Below are positions 1 through 13,768 of a stretch of DNA of 64,000 nucleotides, piece after piece. Made by a program: the position numbers and the translations under genes. Below the pieces are notes generated by a model, which did no database searches, was not told the DNA's origin, and was given only the letters and a program-made list of their open reading frames with translations. Position 1 is the first letter of the stretch; every line of letters starts with the position of its first letter. This DNA comes from Cenococcum geophilum (Eukaryota), in NCBI GenBank assembly GCA_050273025.1, contig CP158636.1, positions 8,060,001 through 8,124,000 on the forward strand, in the 5' to 3' direction.

Positions 1-1648
1 CGGCATGCGTTATTATAACAAAACGCGAAACTTCTAATTAAACATTCTTTTATTTCTTGTAGTATACTGTCGTCCCTCTATACGTGTATATCGTTTACTA
101 ATCTAGTTCCCCTTATTATATAGTAACTCTAACTATTTTTATAATCTTTAGCAAAGTAACCTTATTTTCTATAATTTATATAAGCTCCGTCTTTAAACTA
201 TTAATTTTATTATAAAGTCCGCCTAAACGTCTTCTGCTATTAAGATCTCTAGTTTAGCCTCTATTCCTTAGTCCTATAATTACTTAATCCTTAACCTTTA
301 GGTTTCTATAGTATCTTTATCTATCTCTTATAGGTTTCTTTAGTACTACTTAGGTCCATTAGCTCTGCACTATACTATAGTTTTTAACTTAGCTTTAGTC
401 GTTGCGTACTCTACGTCTTATATAACTATAGAACTCTGTCCTAACCCTTCTTAGTCTATTCCCTTTAGAAGATCCTATTATTAATCTTAATTACTTAATT
501 AATTAATTCCCTTAGGGTGTTTGCATCTTCTATTAGAATAATTACGTCCTAAACTTTAGCCTTAAGTCCCTATTTATACTATGCCATAAGCGCCTTATTA
601 TTCCTCTTAACCTATATCACTAGTATCTAAAACTATATCGTATACTTAATTGCTAAGGTTCGTTGCGTAATATCTTAGAGTTTTCTTTTTGCTGTAGTTA
701 TTGCCTCTAGGTCTCTAAATATTTATATAAGTTACTCCACAAACCCATTCTAGCTTAAAAACATAAACTATACCTCTTAGTTTATAGTTATTATTCCATT
801 TACTTATATTTCTATAAGGTAAGGCTTAAACTATTTAAGTGCTCTTTCTATTAAAAATAGTCCTATATACGCCACTTAATCCATAGGTGTTATTAGCTTT
901 ACTCCCTCTTACGTAACCTTAAAGTATATTTACGTAAGGAATCCTTTAAGCTTTAATCTTTCTCCTAAGAATCTCTTAATTAATAGTAACTTAACCTTTA
1001 CTACTACTATCCCATTAATCCTATTTTCGAGTATTACATTATTTTCCGTTAACCGGTTAACTATCTATTATAACTACCCTACTGTTACAGGTTGTTATAA
1101 GTTAGTATCTGCCATACTAGTATCATTACCTAATTCTAAGGTAGTTGCTGCCGTTAAGGGCGTTGTGGTGGCCGCTTTTAGTGGCATATTATCTAACTTC
1201 TTAATACCGTAACTAGGTAGTAATTGTATAACGGAACCTTATAGTAAGAACTACAGTAGGTCCTATTAATAGGCTAGGTGTGTAGGTAATATAAGGAAGT
1301 TAACAACGTAATAATAACTAGTAGAGTGGTTACCTAATAGATTAACTCTAATTGTATTCTAAGAATTACTATAAGAAAGGAACTATCTAGGTAGGGACTA
1401 AGGGTCCTTAAATACACAACCTTACTCCTATAAAATCCTTCTTATATATAATATACGCGTGCTCTATTTACTTTGTTACGGATTATATAGATTATATAGA
1501 TTATACAGATTATATTACGTGACTTAGTTACCATTCCTTATCACATGGCTTAACTAGATCTATCCTAGACCGTGCTTTTATTAACCAACTAGCTTCTTCT
1601 AACTCTTCTCCAAGTAGTCGTAATATAGTACTTAAAGCGTCCGTAACA
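1..1648 (-). mobile_element. Ty3/Gypsy element G1 (relative of G2): 5' LTR plus RIP-mutated gag, running off the left edge; inserted into the integrase of G2c
   Basis: 1-1200 aligns by eye with the G2b gag at about 59640-60830. The LTR at 1227-1648 shares its R/U5 half with G2 LTRs. Integrase coding sequence of G2c starts immediately at 1649. Confidence 0.85.
1227..1648 (-). repeat. 5' LTR of G1 (about 422 bp)
   Basis: Ends TATAACGG (RIP of TGTAACGG) ... CCGTAACA. First about 150 bp similar to the LTRs at 45119, 45556 and 60839. Confidence 0.85.
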
Positions 1649-2659
1649 AATATTATAGAACTTTATTATAAAGTTACTAAAGTTAAGAGATCCTATTACC
1701 GAATAAGAGCACGATATAATTCTTATAATAGTAGATAAGTTAACTAAATAGGGCTACTTTATAGCATATATAGAAGAAATCTTAATAGAAGATATCGCTA
1801 GAATCTATATTAAAGAAGTATTTATAAGATATAGGGCACTAAGTAAAATTATATTAGATAGAGATCTAAGATTTATAGTAGTATTTTAGGAAGTATTTTT
1901 AGCGGAATAAGGAGTTTAAGTAGTAACTTCTACTATATATTACCCGCAGACGGATAGATAGATAAAAAGACTAAATTAGATACTAGAATAGTATTTAAGG
2001 CATTATATTAATTACGTATAAAATAATTAGGTATTATTACTACTAGTTATATAGTTTATATATAATATAACACTATAAAAAGGTATAGAGATATTACTAT
2101 TTTAGGCGAATTACGGGTATAAGCCTAAAATATTATTATTACTATAATAAGTAAAGAAAATAAGTAAAATAGTAAAGTAGAGAATAGAAACTCTAATAAA
2201 TCTCTATAAAGATCTCTACATTATAGCGAAATTGGTATAAAAAAAGATAAAAAAGTACTATAACGCTAAGAGATCTAAGGAACTAGATCTTAAGAAGGGG
2301 GATAAAGTATAGCTATTATATAAAAATTTTACAAGTTAATAACTAAGTAAGAAATTAGATTACGTTAGACTAGGACTATTTAAAATTATAGCTAAGATCT
2401 TAGAAGTTATATACAGACTTAACTTACCTATGAAAATAAAAATCTACCCTATATAGTATATTGCGATACTAGAGCTAGCGTATAGAGATATAGAACTACT
2501 AGTTTATAAAGTAGACACGTATAGAGGACAAGAGGAAGATAAATAGTAGGTTTTAAGGATTATTAATTATAAGGACATTAATAACAAAATATAGTATAAA
2601 GTAAAGTGGATAGGTTATAATAAGACTACCTAGGAGCTACTATAGAACTTAAAGAACTC

Positions 2660-3319
2660 TATAGGAAAGGTATAGGAGTATTAAAAGAGAATAGGTTAGG
2701 TAATATTAAAAAGGAGCTAAAGATAAAGGGATTAGTTAAAGGTAATAGACGAACCGGATTATCTAAGGGATCTACCGCTAACGTATAAGTTATTTCTATC
2801 TCTTCTAAATTAGAATCTTTTTTAGCCTCCTTAGCCTTAAGCTTAGAGAGACCTTACTTAACTAAATATACCTCTTTAGAGCGTACCTTTTTATAAACCT
2901 TTACTAGACAAAATAATTAAGTATAAGTATCTAGTTAAGCCTTTAGGGCCTAAGATGCTTTATTAAAACATTATTAAACCTTAGTAAGAGCCTTAGCTAG
3001 CTTACTCTCTAGTCTCTTAGCTACTACTAATACGCAAAACCCTAAGATAAATTAGATAAGGAATAAGATAATTATATAGAATTGCGAGACGTATATATTT
3101 AGCGTTAAAGACGGATTAAATATTATAGGACGACCGTATATTCGCTTGCGTATACTTAGTATAAGAAAAAGGTTGATAACTAAAGGGAGCCGTAATTATA
3201 ATATATACTAACTTCTTCTCTATATAATAAGAATAGGATAGTATAACTTTACTAAGCAAAAGAATAAACGTTATTAGCTAGTTATAATAATTAGACATAA
3301 AGGATCTAATAGGAGGTAT
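2660..3319 (-). pseudogene. RIP-inactivated antisense accessory gene of G2c (Zn2Cys6-like motif plus coiled coil, one intron)
   Basis: Homologous to 46082-46735 and 61354-62014. Same six-Tyr (ex-Cys) spacing and CTAAT..TAG intron end. 3' end approximate. Confidence 0.65.
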
Positions 3320-3427
3320 TAGAAATAATAAAGGTTATTAAATTAAGAACGGGAATGCTATACCTTTAATAAACAACTTAGAGATAGGAGATATCTTCAA
3401 GGATAAAGATAAAGAGAAAGGGGATAG

Positions 3428-3823
3428 TATTACGGACCTTATATTAGTAGTAGTATAATTACTAAAAAAAGATATAAATAAGTTAGTTAAGATAGTATAG
3501 GAGGCGCTAGAACTAATTAAGCTATAGGATAAAAGGTAGCTAAGTTATATAGATAGTTATATTATAAGTTTAGAATATAGGAACGTAACGTACTAACATA
3601 CTAACGTACTAATATATTTCTTAGGCGCAGTATTATATATTTAAAGGACTACAGTCCCTACCTAAATAGTTCTCTTCTTTATAGTAAATCTTAGAATATA
3701 ATTAAAGTTAATCTATTAGGTAACCACTCCACTAGTTATATTATAGCTATTAACTTATTAGTTACCTATATATCTAGCCTATTAATAAGTCTATCGTAGT
3801 ATTTCCTACAAGGCTTCGTTATA
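3428..3823 (+). repeat. 3' LTR of G2c (about 396 bp)
   Basis: TATTACGG...CGTTATA (RIP of TGTTACGG...CGTTACA). Reverse-complement similar to 45119-45539 and 60839-61256. Confidence 0.9.
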
Positions 3824-3985
3824 TTAAGTAGGCTATTACTCCAACTAATAATACTTAGAAGCTTAACCTAGTTACTTAATACTAGAAAATAAAGAAGGCC
3901 CTAAAGAGTTAGAATATTAAAAAGTGGCTCTATAAATAGGAGAAGGTATATAAGGATTATAGGAAGGTTAATCTACCTAAGGTAG

Positions 3986-4328
3986 TAATAATAATAATTC
4001 ATTGCTTAACGTCCGATTCGGATCCCTATTATGCTTACGCGGACTACTCCTTATTTACATATAGGGAGAAAACTCGATTTAAGAAAACCCCGTAATTTAT
4101 CTCCCTGCCTTTTAGGACTCGCCTACTTAGCGCTTATAAGTTACCTATGGTGCTCTACTACCTTACTTTTTAACCTCCTTAGGAACTACTGCTGCTGTAA
4201 CAAGCCTACGGACGCGCTAGTATCGCAAACTTTACTCTACTACTGTAGAGTCATTAGGAGGCGCCTGTTGCTCGCCCCTTTGCCTTCTATTACCATTTCC
4301 TTTGCAACCCGGAACTGGTCTAGTATAT
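3986..4328 (-). mobile_element. 5'-truncated Tad-like LINE, family L2 (ORF2 C-terminus, 3' UTR, (ATT)n tail)
   Basis: 12-bp TSD TACCTAAGGTAG at 3974-3985 and 4329-4340. (TAA)n at the left end. Minus strand begins ILDQFRVA, similar to Tad ORF2 ends. Second copy at 27447-27723. Confidence 0.8.
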
Positions 4329-5508
4329 TACCTAAGGTAGATAGTAATTAACCAGTTAAAGACTTTATATATACCGTTAAATTTATCTTATTAAATTGGT
4401 TAGAATACTAATTAAGTAAATTATAGAAGCTTAAGTAGAAGAAGGAATATCTATTTACCCTTTATAATATTATCGAAGTCTACTATAATTACCGTTGCTT
4501 AGAGTTAGCTTAGAAGGTAAGGAGCTAGCATAGATCCTATATAGCCAGCTTTAAAAAAGAGCTAATTAATAAGCTTAAATCGGAAGATAAATTAGATACT
4601 AAATCGGAAGTAAAGCCTTTAAAAAGGATAGATAAGAAGGAATAGATAAAGCCGTTCCTATACGGACTAATTTTCCCATATAAGAACTGTTACTATCTTA
4701 TTAAATTAATTTAACTATTAGGATAGAAATTAAATAATTTAAAAAATAGTTAGTAGAGTAGAAGCTTGCTAATTCTTTACCTAAATTTAAGGCTATAATT
4801 AATTAGTTAAGAAATAAAGCATTATTTAATAAGAAGCTAAATAATATAAAGCAGAAGAGCTTACCTAGTAACCTATTAGGAAGCTTTGCAGTTTATTAAG
4901 CTAGAGCTTATATTATATCTAATTACGCTCTATATAATAGTATAATTCTTACCCCTATAATAACCCTATACGTTATTAACGACTAAGTAAGGTTTATAGG
5001 AAATATTTAACTAGCTAGTAATTAGGTATATACTAGATCTAATATAAAAAATATTAAAGGCTTTAGAACAGCTAAAGTTATAATTATTACCTCATTAGGA
5101 AAGTATAAAAAAAAATTTAAATAAGGCTGCGTATATATTAGGATTTTATATAAATCTAGTCTATAATCGTAGACTTAATAAAAAGGAAGTCTTTTAGTAT
5201 AATAAGTATAACTACCTCTACTATCGCGGTAGTAAGAAGTTCGCATATTGCGGATATTACTATAGTTAGGTAACTCTTAAATATAACAAATTAAAGCTAA
5301 GAATAATAGAGGATATATCCTTTGCGGCTTAATTAACAGAACCTCTACTAAATTAAAAGGTAGACAGATGGCTTTGGTATAGTCAACTTAGATATATAAA
5401 AAGTGTTATAATTAAGTAATTGCTTAAGGAAGTGACTAGGGCGATTGTATAAGGCCCTATAATAATTAAATATAAAACCTATATAGTTAGTAAAGCTTAT
5501 AAGGTAAT

Positions 5509-5735
5509 TGTTTGTATTAACTTAATAATATAAGTAAGTCGTATCCAGGGGCACGAAATACGTATAGTATTGTATGCTCTTTTAGATAGTAGTGACTGTC
5601 GATTCTATTAAGGTAGACTACGTAGTCTATATACTGACGCGCCCTCCCCCTAATTAGTCAGTGCTTTGTAAATAAGTAGTTGGTGCACCAAACGCGTAAA
5701 TACGCGTTTGATACACCAGGTGCTATAATTATATA
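5509..5735 (-). repeat. 3' LTR of GalEa-like copy 1
   Basis: Direct repeat of 11286-11512; TG start, CA end mutated to TA. Confidence 0.95.
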
Positions 5736-8700
5736 CTAGCGGCACTTAAAAATAGACCCACTTGTATATAGCCTCCGTAATTGCTTTAATAGAACTATAA
5801 AATACAAAAGAAATACATAAGGAATTTCTCCCGAAGTGCCTTCTAGGCTGCCTTCCAAACAATGCTTTAGTCTAGCTGTAAGTCCTACTCATGGTCCGTA
5901 AAATGAATCGTATAGCCTTCCGATGGGCCGTAAATGAACTATACGGCCTTCTAACGGACCGTAAATGAACCATAAGTACTCCGTTAGTCTCGTTCCACCC
6001 ACTTTATAACCTTTAGATTAAGCTTATTTGTGTTAATTAGAGTTTTAAGAGCTTAACACAGCTTTACCTTAGTCATAGCGTCTGCTAGGTTATCTCCGCT
6101 GCTAATCCATTTAACCTCTATAATCTTACGCCGTTCGTAAGCCTAACGTAAGCACATTAGGTCGACTATAAGCCTCTTCTCTTGTATTGTACCTAGTTTA
6201 ACTATACAGTCGTAAAGGGACTTTAAATCGGTGCATAGAACCAGGGGTAATTGCTCCAATTATAGGATCTTCTAGATTGTTAACTTAATTGCGGCTCCTA
6301 TATTAAAGCCATAAGCTAGTGCATATAGCTTAGAAGCTAGTATACTACGGGTTACTCGTTTACATTTAATTAAAGACTAGTAGAGTATATTTGCATCCTA
6401 ATTATAGTCCATAAGTACAATTACAAAGCCAATTTATAATAATAGGTCCCTATTATTAGTAAAGGAGGCATCTATAAATACCAGTAAGCTAAGGGAATTT
6501 AGGTCTAGCGGCACAAAAGTAAGTCCTCTTATTGTATTATCAATTTGCCACTAAATACGTTTATTAAGCTACTTAATATTTTCCTCTTGTAGATCTGTTA
6601 CCTAGGCCGCAAAGGATAAATTATAGGCAGATTTGGGTTAATAGACTATAGTAATATAGACGCCTCTTGCACGCTATATAACGTATTAGTCCTTTATATT
6701 TATAGTCTTACGGGTCTCTCCGCGGGAGCTAGTAAGGTCCGTAGGCTTTACTATAATAAGCCTTAGGTTTTTAAGCTTGGCGTTCCTAAGTTAGCTAGAT
6801 TAGGTTGCCCTTTTATTTAATTAAACCTCTATTAAACTTAATTAGGGTCTGCTTAGTTAACTACTCTTACAGTTTTACTAGGAACTTAGCCTTTTATAGT
6901 TTAGTCTCTTCTATATCCACAAAAGTCTGGTCCGCTAAAAAGAGGGTATTATCTATTTAGAGTCTAATAATACTAAGGCCGTTTAATGGGGTATATAGGA
7001 GGTAGGGGTTATATATTAACTGCTCTATCTTAAGCTTATAGACGTAATACTAGTAATATATCTTAAACCAGTAGTTTTTAGCTTCTGGCACTCTATAAAG
7101 GGGTTTTATAACCTATAAAATTGTTTCTAGTTGTAAATTAAGCTTAAGGGGTAGTTGTATATAGATATCTCTGCTTAGGTAGGTATTAGACTATATATAG
7201 GCTTACAAGATATCCCGTAAGTAGAGGGCTATAGGTTTAGTTTGCTGTAGTCTAGGCATAAGTATAAGTATAATCCGTTAACTAACTTATTAAATTATAG
7301 GCGATTACGTAAGGACTAAGTCCTTTCCTTAGTTATTATAAGCTTATATAACAAGCCTTAATTTCTTAAAGGCTTTGTTAGTACTAGGGTGCTTAATCTC
7401 ATTAATAAAGCGTAAGTTAAATATACAGACGCCTTGCGGAACGTCTTTTTCCATTATAACCGTAAAGACGCCCTTTTTAAGTAGTCTATTAATCTCTTTA
7501 CATTATAAGTCCATAAAAGGGGTTTCCTATACTAGAACTAATATATCTATAGGTAGGGGTTACCTTGCGGATGTGCCTGCGGAGGTTAAGTAATTCTTTA
7601 TTATAGGGTTCTTAGTTATAGGGTGCTTTTAGGGGCATCCTCGGCCACGCTTTATAGCAGGTTTAGTAGGTTTAGTAAGTTTACAGGGGACTTCTAGAGT
7701 AGGTAAGGGTGCTTCCAGTTTATCTAGTTTAACGTTATAGGTATTTTTAGACCAAAAATAGGGTTTTATAGACGTGCTTCTAAAGCTAGTTAGTCCGCTA
7801 AGAAGTTATACGTAGTACGTTTCGTCTTCTATAGCTAGTAAACAATAAGGTCTAGTCTAATTGCCGCTCTTACGCTATATAAGGACTTTAGAATTAAGCG
7901 GGAGGTCGTATACTAATATTATATTAGGTCTATTACGGTAGTATAGGGCGCTATTAACAGTTTATTTGGCCCGTAACTTAACTATTTTAGCTATTGCCTT
8001 CTATATTGCGGTTGCTTAATCTGTAATAAACGGGGCAGAAGGGTCTAGTTTACCTATCCTTAGGTAGGCTCTATAAACCAAGAGGGTGGGTACTAGTCTA
8101 TTAGGGCTAGCGGTATCGTTAACGGCTTTTACGGCCATCTGTAAAGCTAGTTCCCTTTAAATATCCTTACACTCGTCCATAATAATTTAGTAAGCTCTCT
8201 ATAGAGCTAGATAAGCTCGCTTAATAAGCCTAACGGACTAGTACGCCTTAACTAGAACGGCTTTTATTAAAATAGCTATAGCTATAGTATACTATTGGAA
8301 TTCCTTACTAATAAAGTTTCTACTAGCGTTGTGGGTAATATACTTAGGGGGTCCAATGTATATATTAATCTAGTAGGTCCGTAAAATATCCTAAGTATAT
8401 TTTATAAATATATTTTATAACTAACGGGCGGCTTAATAGTAGGTTGCCTTATTAATTATATATAATACTGGGCTGCCGTTAATATACATAATGTCTATAT
8501 ATACTAAGTGGTTAAAATTAAGATCCTTATAAAGGGTAAACTTAAATCGGCCTAGGGAACGTTTATATTTCTAGCAAAAGGAACAGTATTTAGTTAGGTA
8601 GTTAATTACCTTCTTATTAACTTCGTTATATCTAAAGCGTTTAAGGACTCTATACAGCTTTTCGGCTAATAGGTGGCTAAAACGGCAGTATAGGCGGTGG

Positions 8701-11285
8701 ATTTTAGTACTAGTAAGGTAGCATAGGTTATAGTTAAAAGATTCCTAAATATAGGTTTGTAAAGTCTCTCCCTATATTAAAAACGGGTGTCCAAATTATT
8801 ATATAATTGGTAGGATAATATACTTGCTTCCTAGGGCAGTTGCGGGGCCAATTAAGGTGTCTATAACATTATTATAGTAAACCTATAACCTATCTATATC
8901 CGTAAGGCAGAGTAGAAAAGGGGTATCCGCTTTTACTATATGAAAGTTAACTAGGCCAATTAGAGTCTTAACTACAACTAATCTAATTAATACGGTTAAG
9001 CCAATGCCGAATTAGACATTTACAGCCCTAGTTTATATAGTATTAATGTCCGTATTATTATTTATAGTGGTCTTATATATAAGGTATTATCTATAACCTA
9101 TAGTAGACTTCTTAGAGGCACCTATATCGATTATAACGCTATAGAATTCTTTAGGGGTATAGCGTTCTGTGGTGATATATGCAAATAGGTCCTATTTATG
9201 GTCCGTAACGTCTATAATAGGTTTAACAGGTATACTTACGGGTTAGTTTTTAGGTGCGATTAAGTATATAAAGGAGCGGTCAGCTAATACGGTCGTAATA
9301 TTAAAGGCTTAGCCGTCCATAAAAGGTCTAAAAGTAGTTAGAAACGTCTTTAAGGTCTCCTGTTCCTAAGTATCTAAGTTAAAGTTAATTATAAGGGCTT
9401 CCATTAACTCGTTAAGAGACTCCTCCACTTCCTTTCCTTTATAGTCTAAGATAAACTAGTTAATCCGACTATTAAATCTCTTCTTAGACTGATTACGTTC
9501 TTCTTAGGTATGCCTTATAAACCAATATCCTTCCTTACCGCATATAAAGCACTTCTCGCTGGTTTGTTTATGGGGGTATACTTTTATATAGGAGTTACTA
9601 CGGGGGTTATAGGTAGGACTTAGTTAGTATAGGTACTGCTAGCGGTAGTGGCGGTCCATAAAGTAGGCATCTAAGTTAGTTTGCGGGTTTTATAGGTCCG
9701 TAATAAAGGCTTAAGTACTACCTAGTAGGTTTAAAACTTCATATATTATAATAGAGGACTGTAAATCGTTAATAAGGCCAGTTAAGGTATCTATAGGCTT
9801 ATAACAGGCGTATTTATAAGGTTTTACTTCCTAGCAAGCTATAATAAGTTTATTATATAGGAAGTTGTCTGTTTAAAGCTTAGCATTAAGGCCGTGCTAT
9901 AGGTACTAAAGGTCTTTAATAAGAATTTACAAGCACTCTATAGTCGATTTTTTGGTATTCTTATTAATTACAGTCCGTAACTTAATCGTATTCTATTATA
10001 TAAGGATATTACACTTATACTCTGGCCCTTTAAAGTAGTTATGTATAGCTTTATATAGCTTATTAAAGGGAATACTAAGGGGGTTACTCTTAAGGTTGGT
10101 GTAATAGTGGTTAAGGGCTAGGCCACGCAGTATAGTAGAGTAGGCTTAGCTAAACTCCTATTTAGGAATATTAGCCTTCTAACAGAGGTCTGTAAAAATA
10201 GTTAGTTTAAAGTTAAAGTTGTCGTTTTCACCGCTATACTTAGATTCGTCGGTATAGAGCTTAGCTAGGTTAGCTAGCTCCTTGCCATAGGTCTTTATTT
10301 AGGTAGTTTATATATCTATAACTTAAGCGACGGAAGGGTTTTAGTCCGTATTTTGGTTTACAGGGGTATTATGGTCCATAACTTAAGTACTAGGTATACT
10401 TTAGCCCGTAAGATTAATTTTAAGATCTCTTTAGTCTATAGGATAAATTTAGTTAAATAGGTCGTCTATAAGACTAGAGATTCTATTAAGTTTAAAAAAA
10501 AGTAAAGAGTCCGCTGGTTTTAATATAATCTAGGATCTACTCTTTAGTCTATTCTGTTTAGTCCTCCTTATATAGTATGTCGTACAGAGACCATGCAATA
10601 GTAACTCGCTTATCCTTTTTAACCTATACACCTTAGTTACGTAGGAGGGTTTATAGGTTACGGATAGTTATAAGGTTATAAGCCTTAAAAATAGCTTCTA
10701 TAAAGTCCGCAAAGTCTTCCTTATATTGCTCCTATAGGTCGTCGTTTATAAACTTAAAATATCCATATTTAAGGATTTTAAACTTAATATAGTTATTAAC
10801 GACGTTTATAGACGTAAGGTCGACTCCCTAACTCCACTTCTCTTAACCTTTATTAATTTGCTTACTTATATCTGCTATATTATATAGCGTAGTATGTCTG
10901 TATAAGCTATAATAGGTTAAGAGGAGCTTATAGCGGGTGGTAGTGGCTTATAGCGGGTGGAGGAGGTCTTATAACGGTCCGTAAAATCAATTAACAGGTC
11001 CGTAATAGTTTAAGAGGTCTTATAATATCCGTAAAGGCAATTAATAGGTCCATAATAGTTTATAGGAGGGTAGGGGGTTCCATAAAGGTCTATATTCGCA
11101 TTTATAAACTTCTAGTAAACCGTACTAAGACTTAAATAAGTATATAGAGATAGTGATATAGTCTATAATCCCCAACTTCCGACCTTTTAGCAGGTCGTAC
11201 TAGGATATAAACGGGTAGTCGCTGTTATATATCGCTTGGGGGGAGGTATTAAGTAATTGCTAATCTGTGCGCGCTTACTAATTAG

Positions 11286-11512
11286 TGTTTGTATTAACTT
11301 AATAATATAAGTAAGTTATATCCAGAGGCACGAAATACGTATAGTATTATATGCTCTTTTAGATAGTGGTAACTGTCAATTCTATTAAGGTAGACTATAT
11401 AGTCTATATACTGACGCGCCCTCCCCCTAATTAGTCAGTGCTTTATAAATAAGTAGTTGGTGCACCAAACGCGTAAATACGCGTTTAGTATACCAGGTGC
11501 TATAATTATACA
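11286..11512 (-). repeat. 5' LTR of GalEa-like copy 1
   Basis: TGTTTG...TATACA followed by TSD GTAAT. Confidence 0.95.
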
Positions 11513-11560
11513 GTAATATTAAGAAGGACACCTATAGATAAGGCGATAAGGCCTTTTTAC

Positions 11561-11585
11561 TATATATATATATATATATATATAT
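11561..11585. repeat. (TA)12 microsatellite inside C2 integrase coding sequence
   Basis: Directly visible. Confidence 0.95.
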
Positions 11586-12862
11586 TTAATTTAAGAAATT
11601 AAAGCTTATAACGGACACTAATATACTATCCATTTCCTTAACGATTTAACCTAAATAAATAAGGTTAAGACACTCGCGAAAAAGTTATTAACCACTTAAG
11701 TAATTATTTAATATTATAATGTAATTAAGCGACGCTATGGCTTTAAAGTTATTATAATCTATATTAACAACAAAACATCGCTTAAAGGTAAATTTAATAA
11801 CTAGGTCGCTGATAAAGGTATTATAGTAGAGTACTTAGCTCTAAATATACTAGAATAAAACGGTCCTGTAAAATATTCTAGGGGGGTAATTATAATAAAG
11901 TCTTAATATATCAGTGTAGCCAACAGTCAGCGTTCAGCGAGCTCCGCTAACTGACTGTACTAATTAAATCGCTCGCTGTCCGCTCGCTGGGTATATGTAT
12001 ACGCTAACTGCACAGCTATTAGCGCGCTTATCTAAATCGGGTAATTTGTATAGATCTAATAGAGTTATAGAGCTAAATTTTAGATCTTTAATATACACAA
12101 ATATTAACGTTGCCCGATCTTAAATCTAACCCTATATAGTGTTTAGATATCGTTAGATTTAGTTGGCGTACCGCGCAGGCATTAAAAAAGTTAGTAGTAG
12201 CGGGGTTAGGTAAACCTTTTTAGTTACCCTAGAGAATCGCCTTAGTTAGCTAGGAGAATTAAATTAAAGACGTACGCTTCCTCTTCTCCCCCTTAACTAC
12301 GCCTCCGTTATAGCCGCCAAAACACGAGGTCGATAAGCAATATTATACGGGTGGAAACCATGATATTTAACGAAGATCACGATACTGTGGAGGAAGGCCG
12401 ATTGCCGCAGCCAAGCATATGGCTTCGCTACTATTACTATGTATAGTTGGTGGTAGTTAAGCGAGACTGGATGCGCGTACCGAATTTAAAATCTCGCGCG
12501 AAAGGGGTGAAGCTGGTCGTGCGCAAGACTGTAGACGCGAAGGGGAATTTGGAGAAAACTATACTATTTTATATAAATATCCCAGAGTTTCCCGCCCGAA
12601 TTTTAGCGGAAGATCCTTGGATCCTTAATCCCTACTAAAAGCTTTAAAACACCACCAAATTGATCCTTTCCTACCACCTATGCAGCGAGCTGACAGCTCG
12701 CTGCAGTCTTACCGCTGACTGACTGTTATGGCTGTATACACTGACTGACTGCTTACATAAGCAGCTGGCTGCCAGCGACGCTGTTGTCTCGTTCCCAGAC
12801 CTTCTTGCCAAGGCTTACCTTGCCAAGACGCCAACCGCTTTTGGCAAGACCTTCGTTAGAAG

Positions 12863-12895
12863 GTCTGGTACACGGTTCGGATTTTTGTTAGTCCC
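12863..12895 (+). repeat. Inner 33-bp inverted repeat, left arm (partner 36271-36303)
   Basis: GTCTGGTACACGGTTCGGATTTTTGTTAGTCCC versus reverse complement GTCTAGTACACGGTTCGGAAATTTGTTAGTCCC, 30/33 identical. Confidence 0.9.
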
Positions 12896-13230
12896 GCGCG
12901 GCGTATTTGGGCCTATATACACCTACTTTAAGCCAAATTATCTCAACTTCTATAGCTCCCCAAGCTATTCCTAATGGCTAGAATTACCAAATCAAACCTG
13001 GCGAAGAAGACTACGTTGCCCGATTTGCCCGATTCCAATTTGTTGTCTTATTATCGCGCCCGACGCCCCTGAGTCGTAGCGGCTGCACCCCTCCCACAAC
13101 TACCGCCGCCCTCTTCTTACCGCAGCTAGAGTACCTAAATTAATATGCCAGCTTTAAATAATACTTAAGGACTGCTAGTAGGTATAGATTTGCCTTGCAG
13201 AAGGGGGTAAGCTTTACGTAGAGCTTTGGT

Positions 13231-13660
13231 AGAGCTTCGTGCAGAGCTTCGTGCAGAGCTTCGTGCAGAGCTTCGTGCAGAGCTTCGTGCAGAGCTTCGT
13301 GCAGAGCTTCGTGCAGAGCTTCGTGCAGAGCTTCGTGCAGAGCTTCGTGCAGAGCTTCGTGCAGAGCTTCGTGCAGAGCTTCGTGCAGAGCTTCGTGCAG
13401 AGCTTCGTGCAGAGCTTCGTGCAGAGCTTCGTGCAGAGCCTCGTGCAGAGCTTCGTGCGGAGCCTCGCGCAGAGCTTCGTGTAGAGCCTCGTGCAGAGCT
13501 TCGTGCAGAGCCTTGCGCAGAGCTTCAAGCAGGGCCTTGTGCAGAGCTTTGAGCAGAGCTTTAAGCAGAGCTTTGAGTAGAGCTTTAAGCGGAGCTTTGT
13601 GTAGAGTCTTGTATAGAGCTTTATACAGAGCCTTGTATAGAACTTTATATAGAGCTTTAT
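13231..13660 (+). repeat. 12-bp minisatellite (AGAGCTTCGTGC)n: 17 perfect units (13231-13434), then progressively degenerate units
   Basis: Directly visible; it explains the AELR/VQSF/TKLC ORFs. Confidence 0.97.
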
Positions 13661-13768
13661 ATAAATATATAGGCGTATAGATATATATTTTTATACTAGT
13701 AATTAATTATAGAATTTAAAGAAATAATTATATAGGAAATTATATAGATATTTATTAATTTATTTATG

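Larger units (their letters stand above)
1649..3823 (+). mobile_element. Ty3/Gypsy element G2c, 3' part: integrase core, chromodomain, antisense accessory gene, polypurine tract (PPT), 3' LTR
   Basis: De-RIPped translation resembles a Gypsy integrase (DFIxKLPKS, ILVIVDKLTK, YPQTDGQ) followed by a chromodomain (YKVKWxGY). PPT AAAGAGAAAGGGGATAG precedes the LTR. Reverse-complement match to 45556-47750. Confidence 0.9.
5509..11512 (-). mobile_element. Full-length Ty1/Copia element, GalEa-like, copy 1 (RIP-inactivated)
   Basis: 227-bp LTRs at 5509-5735 and 11286-11512; TSD GTAAT. Minus-strand gag zinc knuckle, protease (IDxGAS), integrase (QMAVKAVNDTA), RT (RFxxEIK..KAFxKxRLV) and RNase H (NxADAMTK). 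Palindromic CTAATTAG occupies the PBS position. Confidence 0.95.

Noticed and set aside
4031..4351. 106-aa Cys-containing ORF as a small effector-like gene
   Set aside because: It is antisense to a TSD-flanked LINE 3' fragment and runs across the insertion junction. The start ATG is absent in the second copy at about 27487.
7375..7593. Paired ORFs 7375/22864 and 31906/55028 as conserved small genes
   Set aside because: They are antisense shadows of Copia and Gypsy pol in duplicated elements.
12447..12638. 63-aa ORF in the left arm of the hAT-like element as a transposase fragment
   Set aside because: Non-ATG start, short, and no BED finger or DDE motif recognisable.
13214..13552. ORFs with AELR, VQSF or TKLC repeats as real proteins
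   Set aside because: They are open in several frames only because a stop-free 12-mer is repeated. The array lies in a probable intron.
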